Shown here: positions 9,057 through 19,100 of the stretch, one piece after another | How the letters are laid out: the number at the start of each line of letters is the position of its first letter | Numbering within the stretch: position 1 is the stretch's first letter | Origin: Hyalangium minutum | GTDB lineage: Bacteria; Myxococcota; Myxococcia; Myxococcales; Myxococcaceae | NCBI RefSeq assembly: GCF_000737315.1 | Contig: NZ_JMCB01000002.1 | Location: forward strand, 206,001 to 268,000 | Length of the DNA stretch: 62,000 bases | Reading direction: 5' to 3' | Made by a program: the position numbers and the translations under genes | Notes under the pieces: model-generated | Database searches by the model: none | Seen by the model: only the letters and a program-made list of their open reading frames with translations | Told to the model about the DNA's origin: nothing

Positions 9057-10088
9057 CTACGGCCGGACTTCCGCTGTCTGCGCGGCAGGAACAGGGGGCA
9101 CGCCCATCGGCTTCGGCTGGAGCGGTGCCTCCAGGGGGGTTGGAGAGGAGGCAGGCGTCCAGAGCTTCGCGCCCGCCAGTAGCTCCGGCTCCATCAGCTT
9201 CACCCACAGCGAGGGGATCGTCCCCACCAGCCGGGCATTCTTCACTGCAAGCACGCGCTGGGCCTGCGCGCGCCGGTACAGCAGCGGCGGCAGCGAGGGC
9301 TCTTGAGGATCCAGGTTGTGCATCACCACCTGCTCGTCGAGCACGATGCCCTCGGGCTTCACGGCCAACGTCGAGGTGAACTCGACCTTGCGCTGCAGGC
9401 CGTTGGGCAGCGTGAGCGTTTCCTCTCGGCTCAAGGGGAACCACGCAGGGCCCAGGCAGGATCCATCCTCGCTGCTCGACACGGCCTCGGCGAAGAAGCG
9501 GCCCTGGCGCAGCGGCAGCACGCGCGCCATGCGGCGGCAAACGGGCGGACCCTCATCCGTGCAGACATCCCCCTCCGCCACCAGCACGGTGATGTCCCCG
9601 GCCTGCTCCAGGCGCAGGCGCGACTGGCGCGGGTAGGCGCGCAAGCTTCCCAGCGCACGGACGACAAAGCCTTGCGAGGTCCGCTCGACCAGCCCGACAG
9701 GCCCCAGTCCCTCTCCATTGTCGAACCGGCGTGCGACGACCCAGACCAACCGGAGGTCGGCGCGCACGGTTTCCAGCACGAGATCCTCCTCGGTGAGCCG
9801 TCCCGGAGGCGGGAGCGCCTTGGGCTCCGGGCCGGACTCGCGGCACTCCGCCGCCTCGGGCTCCCGCCACATGACGGGTACTCCCGAGCAGTCCACGGTG
9901 GGAGAGGGAGCAACACCCTGCTCGCGGCTGAACCCATGCAACAGCAGGGCGAACCAGTCGTCCGGGGTGGGCACGATGCGATCGGACATCGCGGCCTCGG
10001 CGATGCACAGCTTGGGCTGAGGCCGCGTCGAGCAGGCGGCGAAGAGGCTGCAAAGTCCTGCGATGACAAGGATTGGCTTCGTGTTCAT
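9057..10088 (-). CDS. Uncharacterised lipoprotein inside the T6SS operon
   Basis: Signal MNTKPILVIAGLCSLFAAC with lipobox. Alternative start at 10142 overlaps the tssG stop (ATGA). The listed ORF upstream of that overlaps tssG and is not credible. Confidence 0.7.
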   Translation of the reverse strand: MNTKPILVIAGLCSLFAACSTRPQPKLCIAEAAMSDRIVPTPDDWFALLLHGFSREQGVAPSPTVDCSGVPVMWREPEAAECRESGPEPKALPPPGRLTEEDLVLETVRADLRLVWVVARRFDNGEGLGPVGLVERTSQGFVVRALGSLRAYPRQSRLRLEQAGDITVLVAEGDVCTDEGPPVCRRMARVLPLRQGRFFAEAVSSSEDGSCLGPAWFPLSREETLTLPNGLQRKVEFTSTLAVKPEGIVLDEQVVMHNLDPQEPSLPPLLYRRAQAQRVLAVKNARLVGTIPSLWVKLMEPELLAGAKLWTPASSPTPLEAPLQPKPMGVPPVPAAQTAEVRP

Positions 10089-10138
10089 GAGGGTCTCAAG
10101 TCTGGAGAGGGGGGATCCAGTCGGCGGGCGTCGAGTGA

Positions 10139-11182
10139 TCATGCAGCCCCCGGAACGGACAGCCGGTTCTGGCGATTCGTGCCCAGCCACGTGTCCCGGC
10201 CGAGCTTCGAGGCCCAGCCGGTAGTGAGGCTGAAGGTATGGGAGAGGCTCTCGGCGAGGATGAGCTCGAAGGTGTATTCGAGCGGATCCCGGACGAAGAG
10301 CGAGACGATCTCGCGCGCGAGCGGGTACAAGTCCCCGTCCGCCATGAGGCGGCGCCAGGCTCGCGGGGAGAGCGGGCCGATTTCCACCTGGAAGCGCCCC
10401 ATGCGGTCGAATGCCCTGCCGCCTAGCAGCATGTTGCGCCCGAGCAGGTTGTTGACCACGCCCAGCTGCGCGCGAGCGTCGATGTCTACCCAGCGGCCCA
10501 CGAACTGCCGGACGGTGACACGTGCACCCTCTAGTTCCTCGGAGAGCACCTCCTGCAAGGCAATCTCCAGCTTTTCGGCTGTGCGGATGCGGCTGACCAA
10601 CAGGGAGGCGATCCGCAAGAGCCGCCAAGGCGGCAGAATCCCAGGCCAGGTTCGCTCGTACGTGTCGAAGCCCGACAGAGCCAGGAGGCGGCGGGACCAC
10701 TGATCGGTGCAGCTCGCCGTCAGCTCGCGGGTAACGCGGTATCGCGATTCGATGCGATACAGGAGTGACAGGAGCCGGTGATGAAACAGGTCCAGGAACT
10801 CCCGCTGTGTCGCGTCATCCGGATCCTCCTGGGCCACCTCCTCAGCCATGAAGAGCGGCAGAGGCGAGGCAGAGCCTGTGAGTCCCAAGAAGGTCGTCGA
10901 GACCTCGAACAGGGGCCGCCGGCTGAACTCATCGTCCTGACGAACGGGCACCTGCCGGAGCACGACCGCACTGACATCGCTCGAAGAGAAACCGAGCGAC
11001 GGATCATGCCGGAAGCGGATGCGCTCCTCGTTCACCGGCCCCAGCTCGCCTACGCGAGCTGCGTCCGAGGTGAGGCGCTCGAGGAACGCCACCAGCGGGA
11101 AGAACCCTGGCCGACGAGGCGCCCGGAGGATGATCTCCGACGCCTCTACAAGGTCAACTGGGAGCCGTTCCGCGGTGGCCAC
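10139..11182 (-). CDS. tssG: T6SS baseplate subunit TssG
   Basis: RIRFRHDPSLGFSSSDV, FLGLTGSASPLP, FLDLFHHRLLSLLYR motifs; follows and overlaps tssF. Confidence 0.95.
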   Translation of the reverse strand: MATAERLPVDLVEASEIILRAPRRPGFFPLVAFLERLTSDAARVGELGPVNEERIRFRHDPSLGFSSSDVSAVVLRQVPVRQDDEFSRRPLFEVSTTFLGLTGSASPLPLFMAEEVAQEDPDDATQREFLDLFHHRLLSLLYRIESRYRVTRELTASCTDQWSRRLLALSGFDTYERTWPGILPPWRLLRIASLLVSRIRTAEKLEIALQEVLSEELEGARVTVRQFVGRWVDIDARAQLGVVNNLLGRNMLLGGRAFDRMGRFQVEIGPLSPRAWRRLMADGDLYPLAREIVSLFVRDPLEYTFELILAESLSHTFSLTTGWASKLGRDTWLGTNRQNRLSVPGAA

Positions 11183-12888
11183 GTGTACTCCATGTGTGAA
11201 GGCTGGAGCCGGATGCCCAGCTCATTGAAGGAATTGACGGTCACGTTCGAGGCGAACAGCTCGTCGAGGATGCAGCCGAAGAGGAACGCGTCCCCGGCTC
11301 CTAGAAAGCTCGTCTCATCGAGCGCCGCCGTGACGCGGTTGCCGCGCAGCGGGCTGCCCTCGAGGAAGCGCGTCCCCGCTCGGACCTCGACGGAGCGGAT
11401 GGCGTTGATGCGCAGCCGGGTGGCCCGCGCCGCCAGGTCATCCGTGAGCCCCTTGAAGTTGTAGAGCTCGAGCAGCCGGCGCAGCACCTCCACATCCGAG
11501 AGGGTCTGCTGGTTCACCGCCAGGTGAGAGAGCAGCCGCCAGTGGAGTTCCGTGCCGAGTGGCGCACGCGCGGGCCGGCTCACGGGGGAGATGTTCTTGA
11601 AGCGCGCGTTCGTCGGAGAGGTGATGGTGGGCAGGTGGACATCCCCCACCTGCAGCCGCGTGGGGAGCGAGCGGTGCGTACACGTGAGCTCGATGGACAG
11701 CGTCTCCTCCTCGATGGAGGGCATCACGTCCCGGGGCGTCTCCAGCGACAGATACGTGTCGATGCCGTCGTCAATGGGCGACGCCGCCCTGCGCAGGCGG
11801 TAGAAGGCAGGCTCCACGCCGTGCCCCGCGGCGTGGGCAAACTCGAAGAAGGGGCGGTAGGTGCGCCGCTCGTTGGCCCCGGCCTGCAGGCCGATGACCG
11901 AGTCCACCGAGAAGATCTCCATGTGCCTCGGCTCGACGCCTTCGGCGCGCAGGAGCTGGTCGTGGGACAGCACACTGTGGCGCAGAGGGTGCGCGGAGGC
12001 AGAGAAGAGGTTGACCGCAGGCGTGCAGTAGAGGCGGAACATCTCCTGGCCCACGCGCGCCTCCAAAGGGGGCGGGCGCTCGAACTGGAAGGCCAGCTCG
12101 AACCGGTCGCTCGCGATGTGCTTTGCGGCATCCAGCCCCCGTACCTCGAAGAAGAGGAACTTCTCCGGCAGGGTGAAGTACTCCTGGAGCTGCCGATAGC
12201 CCTCGGCGGAGCGAGGCCAGGGCAGCATGCGGAAATCCCGATCGAACCCCAGCGGGTGGATGGCCCGAGGTCCGAGCTGGACGGACTTCCCGAAGTCGTT
12301 GTTGACCTGGACGCCGCGGCAGTAGCGCAGCAGCCACAGGAGCATGAGGGCGCTGGTGGCCAGCTCGGCGTGGATGAACAGCCGCAGCCCCTCGGCCCGG
12401 AAGATCTCCGGATAAATCTGCTCGTGGGCCTGGAAGAAGAGCCGCAGCACGGGGGAGGTGACAGACGACTTGTCGAGCAGCGCCTCCTCCAGCGTCAGCG
12501 GGAGCAGCTCCACATCCGAGGTGGTGCGGAAGACGCACGAGGTGCCATCGAGCGGGCGTGCCCCAATCTCCACCCCGGCGGGGATGGTGGCCCGGCCGCG
12601 CAGCGCCTTCACCTGCGGGGTGAACTCGATGACGGTGGAGGCGGGGACGGGCCGCAGGTAGTGCGGCAGCAGCAGGTCCGTCAGGACATGGACCATCTCT
12701 GGCACGTCGTCGTCCACGCGCTCGCGGATGCGCGCCGTCAGGAAGGCGAAGCCCTCGAGCAGCCGCTCGACGTCGGGATCCGCGCCACGCTCCACGAGCA
12801 TGCCCGCGACGCCGGGGTTGGCCAGGCCGAACGCGCGCCCCATTTCCCGGAGGTAGGCCAACTCGCTCAAGAAGTACTTGCTGAACAT
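11146..12888 (-). CDS. tssF: T6SS baseplate subunit TssF
   Basis: YFLSELAYLRE, DPDVERLLEGFAFL, LLPHYLRPVPA, GYRQLQEYFTLPEKFLF, LYCTPAVNLF. Confidence 0.97.
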   Translation of the reverse strand: MFSKYFLSELAYLREMGRAFGLANPGVAGMLVERGADPDVERLLEGFAFLTARIRERVDDDVPEMVHVLTDLLLPHYLRPVPASTVIEFTPQVKALRGRATIPAGVEIGARPLDGTSCVFRTTSDVELLPLTLEEALLDKSSVTSPVLRLFFQAHEQIYPEIFRAEGLRLFIHAELATSALMLLWLLRYCRGVQVNNDFGKSVQLGPRAIHPLGFDRDFRMLPWPRSAEGYRQLQEYFTLPEKFLFFEVRGLDAAKHIASDRFELAFQFERPPPLEARVGQEMFRLYCTPAVNLFSASAHPLRHSVLSHDQLLRAEGVEPRHMEIFSVDSVIGLQAGANERRTYRPFFEFAHAAGHGVEPAFYRLRRAASPIDDGIDTYLSLETPRDVMPSIEEETLSIELTCTHRSLPTRLQVGDVHLPTITSPTNARFKNISPVSRPARAPLGTELHWRLLSHLAVNQQTLSDVEVLRRLLELYNFKGLTDDLAARATRLRINAIRSVEVRAGTRFLEGSPLRGNRVTAALDETSFLGAGDAFLFGCILDELFASNVTVNSFNELGIRLQPSHMEYTWPPRNGSQLTL

Positions 12889-12910
12889 GAAATGCCCTCG
12901 GACTGCTGGC

Positions 12911-13306
12911 TCACCACAGATCGATTTGGCTGTTTCGCCCCAGCCGCGTGTAGAAGCGGATGGGCCGGCGGGAACCCCGGTGCACCAGTTGTGCGGAGAC
13001 CTCGAACTTGAGGCTGGTGGGGTCCAGCTCGTCAGGAACGTGAAGGACGGCGACGTTCTTCAGGCGCGGCTCGTATTCCTGGATGGCCTGCCGCAGAGAC
13101 ATCTGCATCCGCTCGATGGCGGACGGGAACGTGTGGATGATGTCGTTGAAGTCCATGATGCCAAAGCCGGGCGCCGCCACGGACTCCCCCTTGCGGGTGT
13201 TGAACAGCACGCGCAGGTGCTGGGTGACCTCCTCGACGGGATCGCCCCGCCGCGAGGTATGCACATCGCCACTCTTGATTCGGGAGAAGAGGCCGCGGGT
13301 CGCCAT
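12911..13306 (-). CDS. tssE: T6SS baseplate subunit TssE (gp25-like)
   Basis: HLRVLFNTR, FGIMDF, IQEYEPRL gp25-like motifs; located between hcp and tssF. Confidence 0.93.
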   Translation of the reverse strand: MATRGLFSRIKSGDVHTSRRGDPVEEVTQHLRVLFNTRKGESVAAPGFGIMDFNDIIHTFPSAIERMQMSLRQAIQEYEPRLKNVAVLHVPDELDPTSLKFEVSAQLVHRGSRRPIRFYTRLGRNSQIDLW

Positions 13307-13320
13307 GGGTGTGGAACCTC

Positions 13321-13357
13321 CAGGGGAGCGCCCGATGCCGAAACGGGCGCCCCCCTG
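13321..13357 (-). terminator. GC-rich stem-loop immediately downstream of hcp
   Basis: CAGGGG-A-GCGCCCG / CGGGCGC-CCCCTG inverted repeat in the hcp-tssE gap. No clear U-tract, so it may stabilise the transcript rather than terminate it. Confidence 0.5.
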
Positions 13358-13366
13358 AAGCGGGAG

Positions 13367-13858
13367 CTAGCGCTGCTGGCTCCAGGAATCCTCGTGCGTC
13401 ACGCCACCGTTGGTGTACGTCCAGCTGATGGTGTGGAACACGAACGTGAGCTCCTCGAGGGCCGGATCCTTCGAGGTGGCCGGGACGATGGTGTCCGGCA
13501 CCACGTGCTTGATGGTGTTGATGCGGCCCTGCTTGAACGTCGTCGTGTAGAACTGCTCCGTCGTGCCGTCACCGGTCGGGTTCGGGCGGAAGAACTTGAA
13601 CGTCGCCTCGATGACCTGGTTCTCGCACAGCGCCTTCATCAGCAGCGGCGTGGACTTGTCGATGCGCTTACGGATGAGCAGCGGCTGGTACTGGCGCCGG
13701 CCCGTGGCGAGGCCGGAGCCGGACTCGCGCGCGGTGATGACGCCCTGCTCGTAGTAGACGCACTCGATGGAGCCTTCGCGGCCCAGGCTGACCTGGGTGC
13801 TCTCGCCCTTGATCTCCGTGCCGTTTGCCTTCAAGTAGAGATGTACTGTCTCGGCCAT
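13367..13858 (-). CDS. hcp: T6SS tube protein Hcp (TssD)
   Basis: SGLATGRRQYQPLLIRKRIDKSTPLLMKAL and LEELTFVFHTISWTY; Hcp1 family; 163 aa. Confidence 0.97.
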   Translation of the reverse strand: MAETVHLYLKANGTEIKGESTQVSLGREGSIECVYYEQGVITARESGSGLATGRRQYQPLLIRKRIDKSTPLLMKALCENQVIEATFKFFRPNPTGDGTTEQFYTTTFKQGRINTIKHVVPDTIVPATSKDPALEELTFVFHTISWTYTNGGVTHEDSWSQQR

Positions 13859-13894
13859 TTCTGCCTCGTTGGGACTGCGGGGTGGGTTGCTGAA

Positions 13895-13936
13895 CCGGGC
13901 CCGTTGCCGGGCCCGGCGGTGATGAGGACTTCACCG
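13895..13936 (-). promoter_or_regulatory. Tandem hairpins in the tssC-hcp intergenic region
   Basis: CCGGGCCCG-TTGC-CGGGCCCGG (13895-13916), followed by CGGTGA-TGAGGACT-TCACCG (13917-13936). Confidence 0.45.
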
Positions 13937-13988
13937 GCTGCCTGGTGCGACGACAGCCAGTCCTCTCCCGCTCCAGAGGGAGCGAGGA

Positions 13989-15476
13989 TCACTGCTTGTC
14001 GAGCTTGCCGACGAGCGACAGGGTGAAGGAGGCACCCATGTACTTGAAGTGGGGACGGACCTGGACGCTGCACCGGTACCAGCCGGGCTGGCCCTCCACG
14101 TCCTCGACGCTGACGCGCGCGTTGCGCAGCGGCCGGCGCGAGCGGACCGCCGGCGCCGGATCATCCATGTCCGCGACGTACTGGCTCAGCCAGTTGTTCA
14201 GCTCGCGCTCGAGGTCCGAGCGCTCCTTCCAGCTGCCGATCTGCTCGCGCTGGAGCACTTTGATGTAGTGCGCCAGGCGGGTCATGATGAACATGTAGGG
14301 CAACTGGGTGCTGAGCCGGTAGTTCGTCTCCGCCGCCTTGCCCTCGGGCGTACCGCCGAAGAGCTTGGGACGCTGCGTGGAGTTGGCCGAGAAGAAGGCC
14401 GCGTTGTCCGCGGACTTGCGGAACACCATGCCGATGAAGCCCTCCTCGGACAGCTCGTACTCGCGCCGCTCGGTGAGGAGCACCTCGGTGGGGATCTTCG
14501 TCTGGATCTCCCCCATGGCCTCGTAGTTGTGCAGCGGCAGGTTCTCCACCGCGCCGCCGGACTGCGGGCCGATGATGTTCGGGGCCCAGCGGAACTTGGC
14601 GAACGACGCGGCCACGCGGGTGGCCAGTGCCGTGGAGGCGGTGCCCCACAGGTATCGCTCATGGTGGCCGACGACGTCCTCGTTGTAGTTGAAGGACTTC
14701 ACCGGCACGGTGGCCTCGCCGTAGGGCAGGCGCAGCAGGAAGCGCGGCAGGCACAGCCCCACGTAGCGGCTGTCCTCGCTGTCGCGGAAGGACTGCCAGC
14801 GCGCGTACTGAGGCATCTCGAACATCGCCTTCAGGTCCTTGAGGTTCGGCAGGTTGAGGAAGCTCTTCTCGCCGAAGAACTCAGGCCCCGCGTTGGAGAT
14901 GAACGGCGCATGGGCCATGGCCGCCACCGAGGCGCACTTGGTCAGCAGCGCCATGTCCTGCGGGCCGGGCCCGAAGTCGAAATCCCCGCACATCAGCCCG
15001 TAGGGCTTGCCACCGAACACGCCATACTCGTTGGAGTAGACGAGCTTGTAGAGGCCGGACTTCACCGTCTCAGGAGCGTCCTCGAAGTCCTTGAGCAGGT
15101 CTCCCTTGGACACGTTGAGCATCTCCACGCGGATGTTCTCGCGGAAGTCCACCTTGTCGATGAGGAACTTCAGCCCGCGCCACCGGGACTCCATGGACTG
15201 GAGGGTGGGGTGGTGGAGGATCTCGTCCAGCTGGGAGCTCATCCGCCGGTCGATCTCGGCGATCATCGCGTCCACCAGCGCCTGGTCGATGCGCTCCTGG
15301 GGCCGATGGGGCGCCAGCATCTCGGTGATGAAGGCCTGGACGCCGCGGCGGGCCACGTCGTACCCCTCGTCGCGCGGCTTGAGCTTGGCCTCGGCGAGGA
15401 TGGTGTCGAGCAGCGAGCCGTCGCTCTCCACCGTGGTCTTCGAGTCGTTCTTGAGCAGGTTCTTGTCGGTATTCAT
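13989..15476 (-). CDS. tssC: T6SS contractile sheath large subunit TssC (VipB)
   Basis: ESRWRGLKFL, AAMAHAPFISNA, PRFLLRLPYG, KIPTEVLL, NAAFFSANS, REQIGSW, PLRNARVSV. Confidence 0.99.
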   Translation of the reverse strand: MNTDKNLLKNDSKTTVESDGSLLDTILAEAKLKPRDEGYDVARRGVQAFITEMLAPHRPQERIDQALVDAMIAEIDRRMSSQLDEILHHPTLQSMESRWRGLKFLIDKVDFRENIRVEMLNVSKGDLLKDFEDAPETVKSGLYKLVYSNEYGVFGGKPYGLMCGDFDFGPGPQDMALLTKCASVAAMAHAPFISNAGPEFFGEKSFLNLPNLKDLKAMFEMPQYARWQSFRDSEDSRYVGLCLPRFLLRLPYGEATVPVKSFNYNEDVVGHHERYLWGTASTALATRVAASFAKFRWAPNIIGPQSGGAVENLPLHNYEAMGEIQTKIPTEVLLTERREYELSEEGFIGMVFRKSADNAAFFSANSTQRPKLFGGTPEGKAAETNYRLSTQLPYMFIMTRLAHYIKVLQREQIGSWKERSDLERELNNWLSQYVADMDDPAPAVRSRRPLRNARVSVEDVEGQPGWYRCSVQVRPHFKYMGASFTLSLVGKLDKQ

Positions 15477-15498
15477 GGGTGGTTTTCCTCGGGAGGGG

Positions 15499-16008
15499 CT
15501 ACTGCTTCGGCGCGCTCTTCTCGTCAGCCTTCATGCCGAGCTCGCGCATGAGCGTCTGGCGGCTGTCCGCGTCGTTGAGCAGGTCCTGGAGCTTGCGGCG
15601 GAACGCGGGGATGTTGCCCAGGGGGCCCTTGAGGGCGTGCAGCGCGTGGCGCAGCCGCAGCAGCTTCTCGAGCTCCGGCACCTGGTGGACGATGCTCTCC
15701 GGGTTGAAGTCGGAGATGTTGCGGAACTGCAGCGTCACCGGCAGCGTGGCGCCCTCTTCCTGGGAGAGCTTGTCCGGCACGGAGAGCGACACCTTGAGGT
15801 TCTGCTGCGCCATCACGTCGTTGAAGTTGTCCTTGTCGACGTTGATGGGAGCCCGCTCCTCGATGGGCCGCTCATCGGGCATCCCCGTGAAGTCCCCCAT
15901 CATGAGGATCTTCAGCGGCAGCTCGACTTGCTCCTGCGCGTTGCCGGTCGCAGGTTGGTAGACGATGTTGACGCGCTCAGTGGGGGCTACGGAGGTTTCC
16001 TTGCTCAT
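15499..16008 (-). CDS. tssB: T6SS contractile sheath small subunit TssB (VipA)
   Basis: SVAPTERVNIVY, VELPLKILMMGDF, DFNPESIVHQVPELEKLLRLR; resembles Vibrio VipA. Confidence 0.98.
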   Translation of the reverse strand: MSKETSVAPTERVNIVYQPATGNAQEQVELPLKILMMGDFTGMPDERPIEERAPINVDKDNFNDVMAQQNLKVSLSVPDKLSQEEGATLPVTLQFRNISDFNPESIVHQVPELEKLLRLRHALHALKGPLGNIPAFRRKLQDLLNDADSRQTLMRELGMKADEKSAPKQ

Positions 16009-16140
16009 CTGCGGCCAATCCTTTGTTGGGTACGAGGGTTGAGGTGCGGACTGCGGTACGGCGGGTGAAAAGACAGACGGGGAGCCAGACGGCGCGCGGA
16101 GCGGCCGCGGAGTGAGGACTTCCGTGTGGACACGGCACCG

Positions 16141-19100
16141 CTAGGGCGAAGTCTTCGCGGTGACGATGGGCGGAGGGCAGCCCTGGACGGCCTGGGAGAT
16201 GCCGGCGGGAGGGACCAGGCGCGGGTCCCGGAAGATCTGCAGCAGCCGCGAGGTGTTGCTCCCCGACGTGCCGAAGAAGGGGTTGGCGAGGCGCTCGGGA
16301 CGCAGGTCGATGGAGATCTGCGCGTTGTTCAGATCGGGGACTTCCCAGGTGGCGGTGAAGAAGCGGCCGTCCGTGCTGGGCTCGATCTTCTTGGCGCGCT
16401 CCAGGAGGCGGAAGAGGCCCCACTCACCCGGCGCGTCGAGGTCCGCGGTGTTGCCTGAGGTGCTCACGATGTGGATGTGGGCGCCGAGCTTGCCCGCGGG
16501 ACCCGGCCAGGTCATGGCCCTCCACCGGTCATCGGGGCCATTGCGGTAGAGTTCTTCGGAGCCATCCAGGGTCAGGGTGATCGATGCGATCTCCGAGGGA
16601 GCGGAATCCGCCGCGGTGCCCGGGCGCATGCGCACCATGAAGCGGACGAGCGGCTCCTGGGTGTCGCCGGGGAACAGCGTCATGGCGAGGTTGTTGATGC
16701 GCTCCAGGTAGGTGAGCAGCTCATCCTTGTACAGACCCATGCCAGGGGCGGTCTTCACCGCGAACACATGGCGCCTTCCATCCGGGAGCACCTCCTCGCT
16801 GAGCTGGGTCTGCAGGAACTTCCGGACCGTGCCCGTGGAGGGATGCAGGAACTGGGTGAACTCAGGCAGGGGCGCATCCAGCAGCGAGTCCTTGTTGAAG
16901 GGGTACCTGTTGGCCATCAGGGACACGAAGGGCCCGAAGATCTCGTCACACCACTTCCGGCTCTTCTTCTCGGCCACGTCTCGCCGGACGACCGTCCCCA
17001 CCTGCTTGAGCGGAGGCAGAAGGATCTGCTCGAAGACGGCGTGAGCGCCTTCCTGGCTCTGAATGAGCAGCGAGACGGTGTTGCGGGTGGAGGTGATCTT
17101 CTCGATCAACACCATGGCCTCGTTGGGCTTGTCGCGCACCTCCTTCAGGGTGGTGAGCACCAGGTTGAGCTGGTCCTGGTAGGAGTCGAGCTGCGTCAGC
17201 TTTTCCTCGCCGTCATCAGTCGCCGAGGTCTTGGTGATGAAGGCCAGGATGGGGCTGAAGTTCTTCTCCACGGCCGCAGGGGTCAGCTCGGTCTCGCCTA
17301 TCGAGGACTCGGGATCGACGAGCCGGGCAGGCCCCTCCTCCGTCGCGGAAGTGCCGGCGGGCTTGTTGAGGGCCTTGGAGATCAGCGCGGACAGCGTGTT
17401 GCCCGAGGCCACCTTGGGGCTCTCCAGATGAACGTTGTAGGCGAGCGTGCGGAAGAGCTTGCCAATGGGGGCTGGCTTGCCTCGTGTGAGGCTCTCGAGG
17501 AGCAGCTCCGTCTGGCTCCAGTCCTTGGGCTCCTCCACGCGGACGGAGTAGAGGAAGTCTGTCCACTCCTGGATGTACTGCTGGTAGTAGCGGGTGCGGA
17601 GCTCCGCGCGGTTGGCCTCCTCGTTCTCGCGGGAGTCCCGGTTGAGCACCCAGGCCTCGGAACCCTGGAAGGCCGAGTCCATTCGCGCACGGACCCACTC
17701 CTCCCAGGCCAGCCGCGTGAAGGCGCCGTTGACGCGCTTCGTCGCCCGCATGAAGGGGACGGCACCCACCGAGTCGCCCAGGGACACGCCCGGGTACTCA
17801 CGGTTGGCCTGGCTGACGATGCGCTCCAGCTCCAGCGTTGCGAGCGGGACTCGGTTGAGGGCCCGGCGGGCGGAGATCACCACCCGCTCGTCTCGCGAGA
17901 AGGCCAGCTGGAGAGGGTCCGCCGCCAGCATGGCGATGTACGTCTGCGCGTGGCGGGTGATGGCTTGCTCGAGGCTCACCTCTCCGTTGCGATCGCGGAT
18001 GTCCTCCCAGTGCCGGAGCATCTGCTTGACGATCCACGCCTGATGCGATTCATCGAGCGGTGGCTCGTTCGGAGGCCGGGGATAGGCAGGGTTGGGAGAG
18101 TCGGTGAGGTAGGTGATGAGCAGATACATCTTCAGATCATCGAAGTGCTTGCCGTAGGACTCGTTGCTGGGCTTCCAGTCCACCCGGTCCTGGTTCTGAG
18201 CGAACAGCTCCAGGTTCTGCCGGATGCGATCATGCTGACGGCCGAGGAGCAGCCACTTGAGCTGGCTGTTGTAGAAGGATTGGGCCAGCGCGAAGAGCTG
18301 GTCTCCCTTGTACAGGCCCAGGCGCAGCCACAGCGGTACGCCCTCTACCCGGTGCCGGTTCAGATCCGCAAGGTGTTGCTGCAGAGGGCTCAGCTCCTGG
18401 ATGCGGCTGATGTCGTCGTTGGTCTCCAGCTTCACCGCGACAATGGTGTCGCGGACCTTACGGAGCATCTGCCGGTTCTTGAAGAAGGAGATCGTAGGCA
18501 GGGTCAGCAGCGCCACGGTGAAGGCGAGGCAGGCTCCCGCCACGGCGTAGCGGCGCTTGCGCCGGCGGATCTCTTCCATGGAGCTGATGACCGCGAGCTT
18601 CTGGTCCTGGAACATGACCTTGGTGAACACGTCCCAGAGGAAGAAGCTGCGGCTCTCCGAGGTCTGCTCGGGGTTGACGCGAGGCGCGGCGAGCGTCGGC
18701 TCGCTGGAGGAGGCAGAAGCGCGCGGGTCGGTGACGCGGTGCTCCTGGGAGCCGCTGGTGAAGTAGACGCCGCGCATGATGGGAGTGTCTTGGAAGACGT
18801 TCTCCATGAAGAGCGGCTGGATGAACTCCGTGAGGTTCTTGCGGATCGCGTGCACGCTGTGCGGGAACTGGTAGATGCGCTCGCGTGCCTCCAGCCGCCG
18901 CTCCTGGCCGATCCGCCGGACGGAGCGCTGCTCCAGGATGGCGGTGAGCTCGTCGAAGCGCTTGAGCAGCAGCTCGGTGGGCGCCTCGGGCTGAGCCGTC
19001 AGCGGCACGGTGAAGCCCCAGATCTGCCCTCGCTCGGAGCGAGGCAGGTCGGCGAACATCTCCACGAACCCGGTGAGCAGATCACACTTGGTGATCATCA

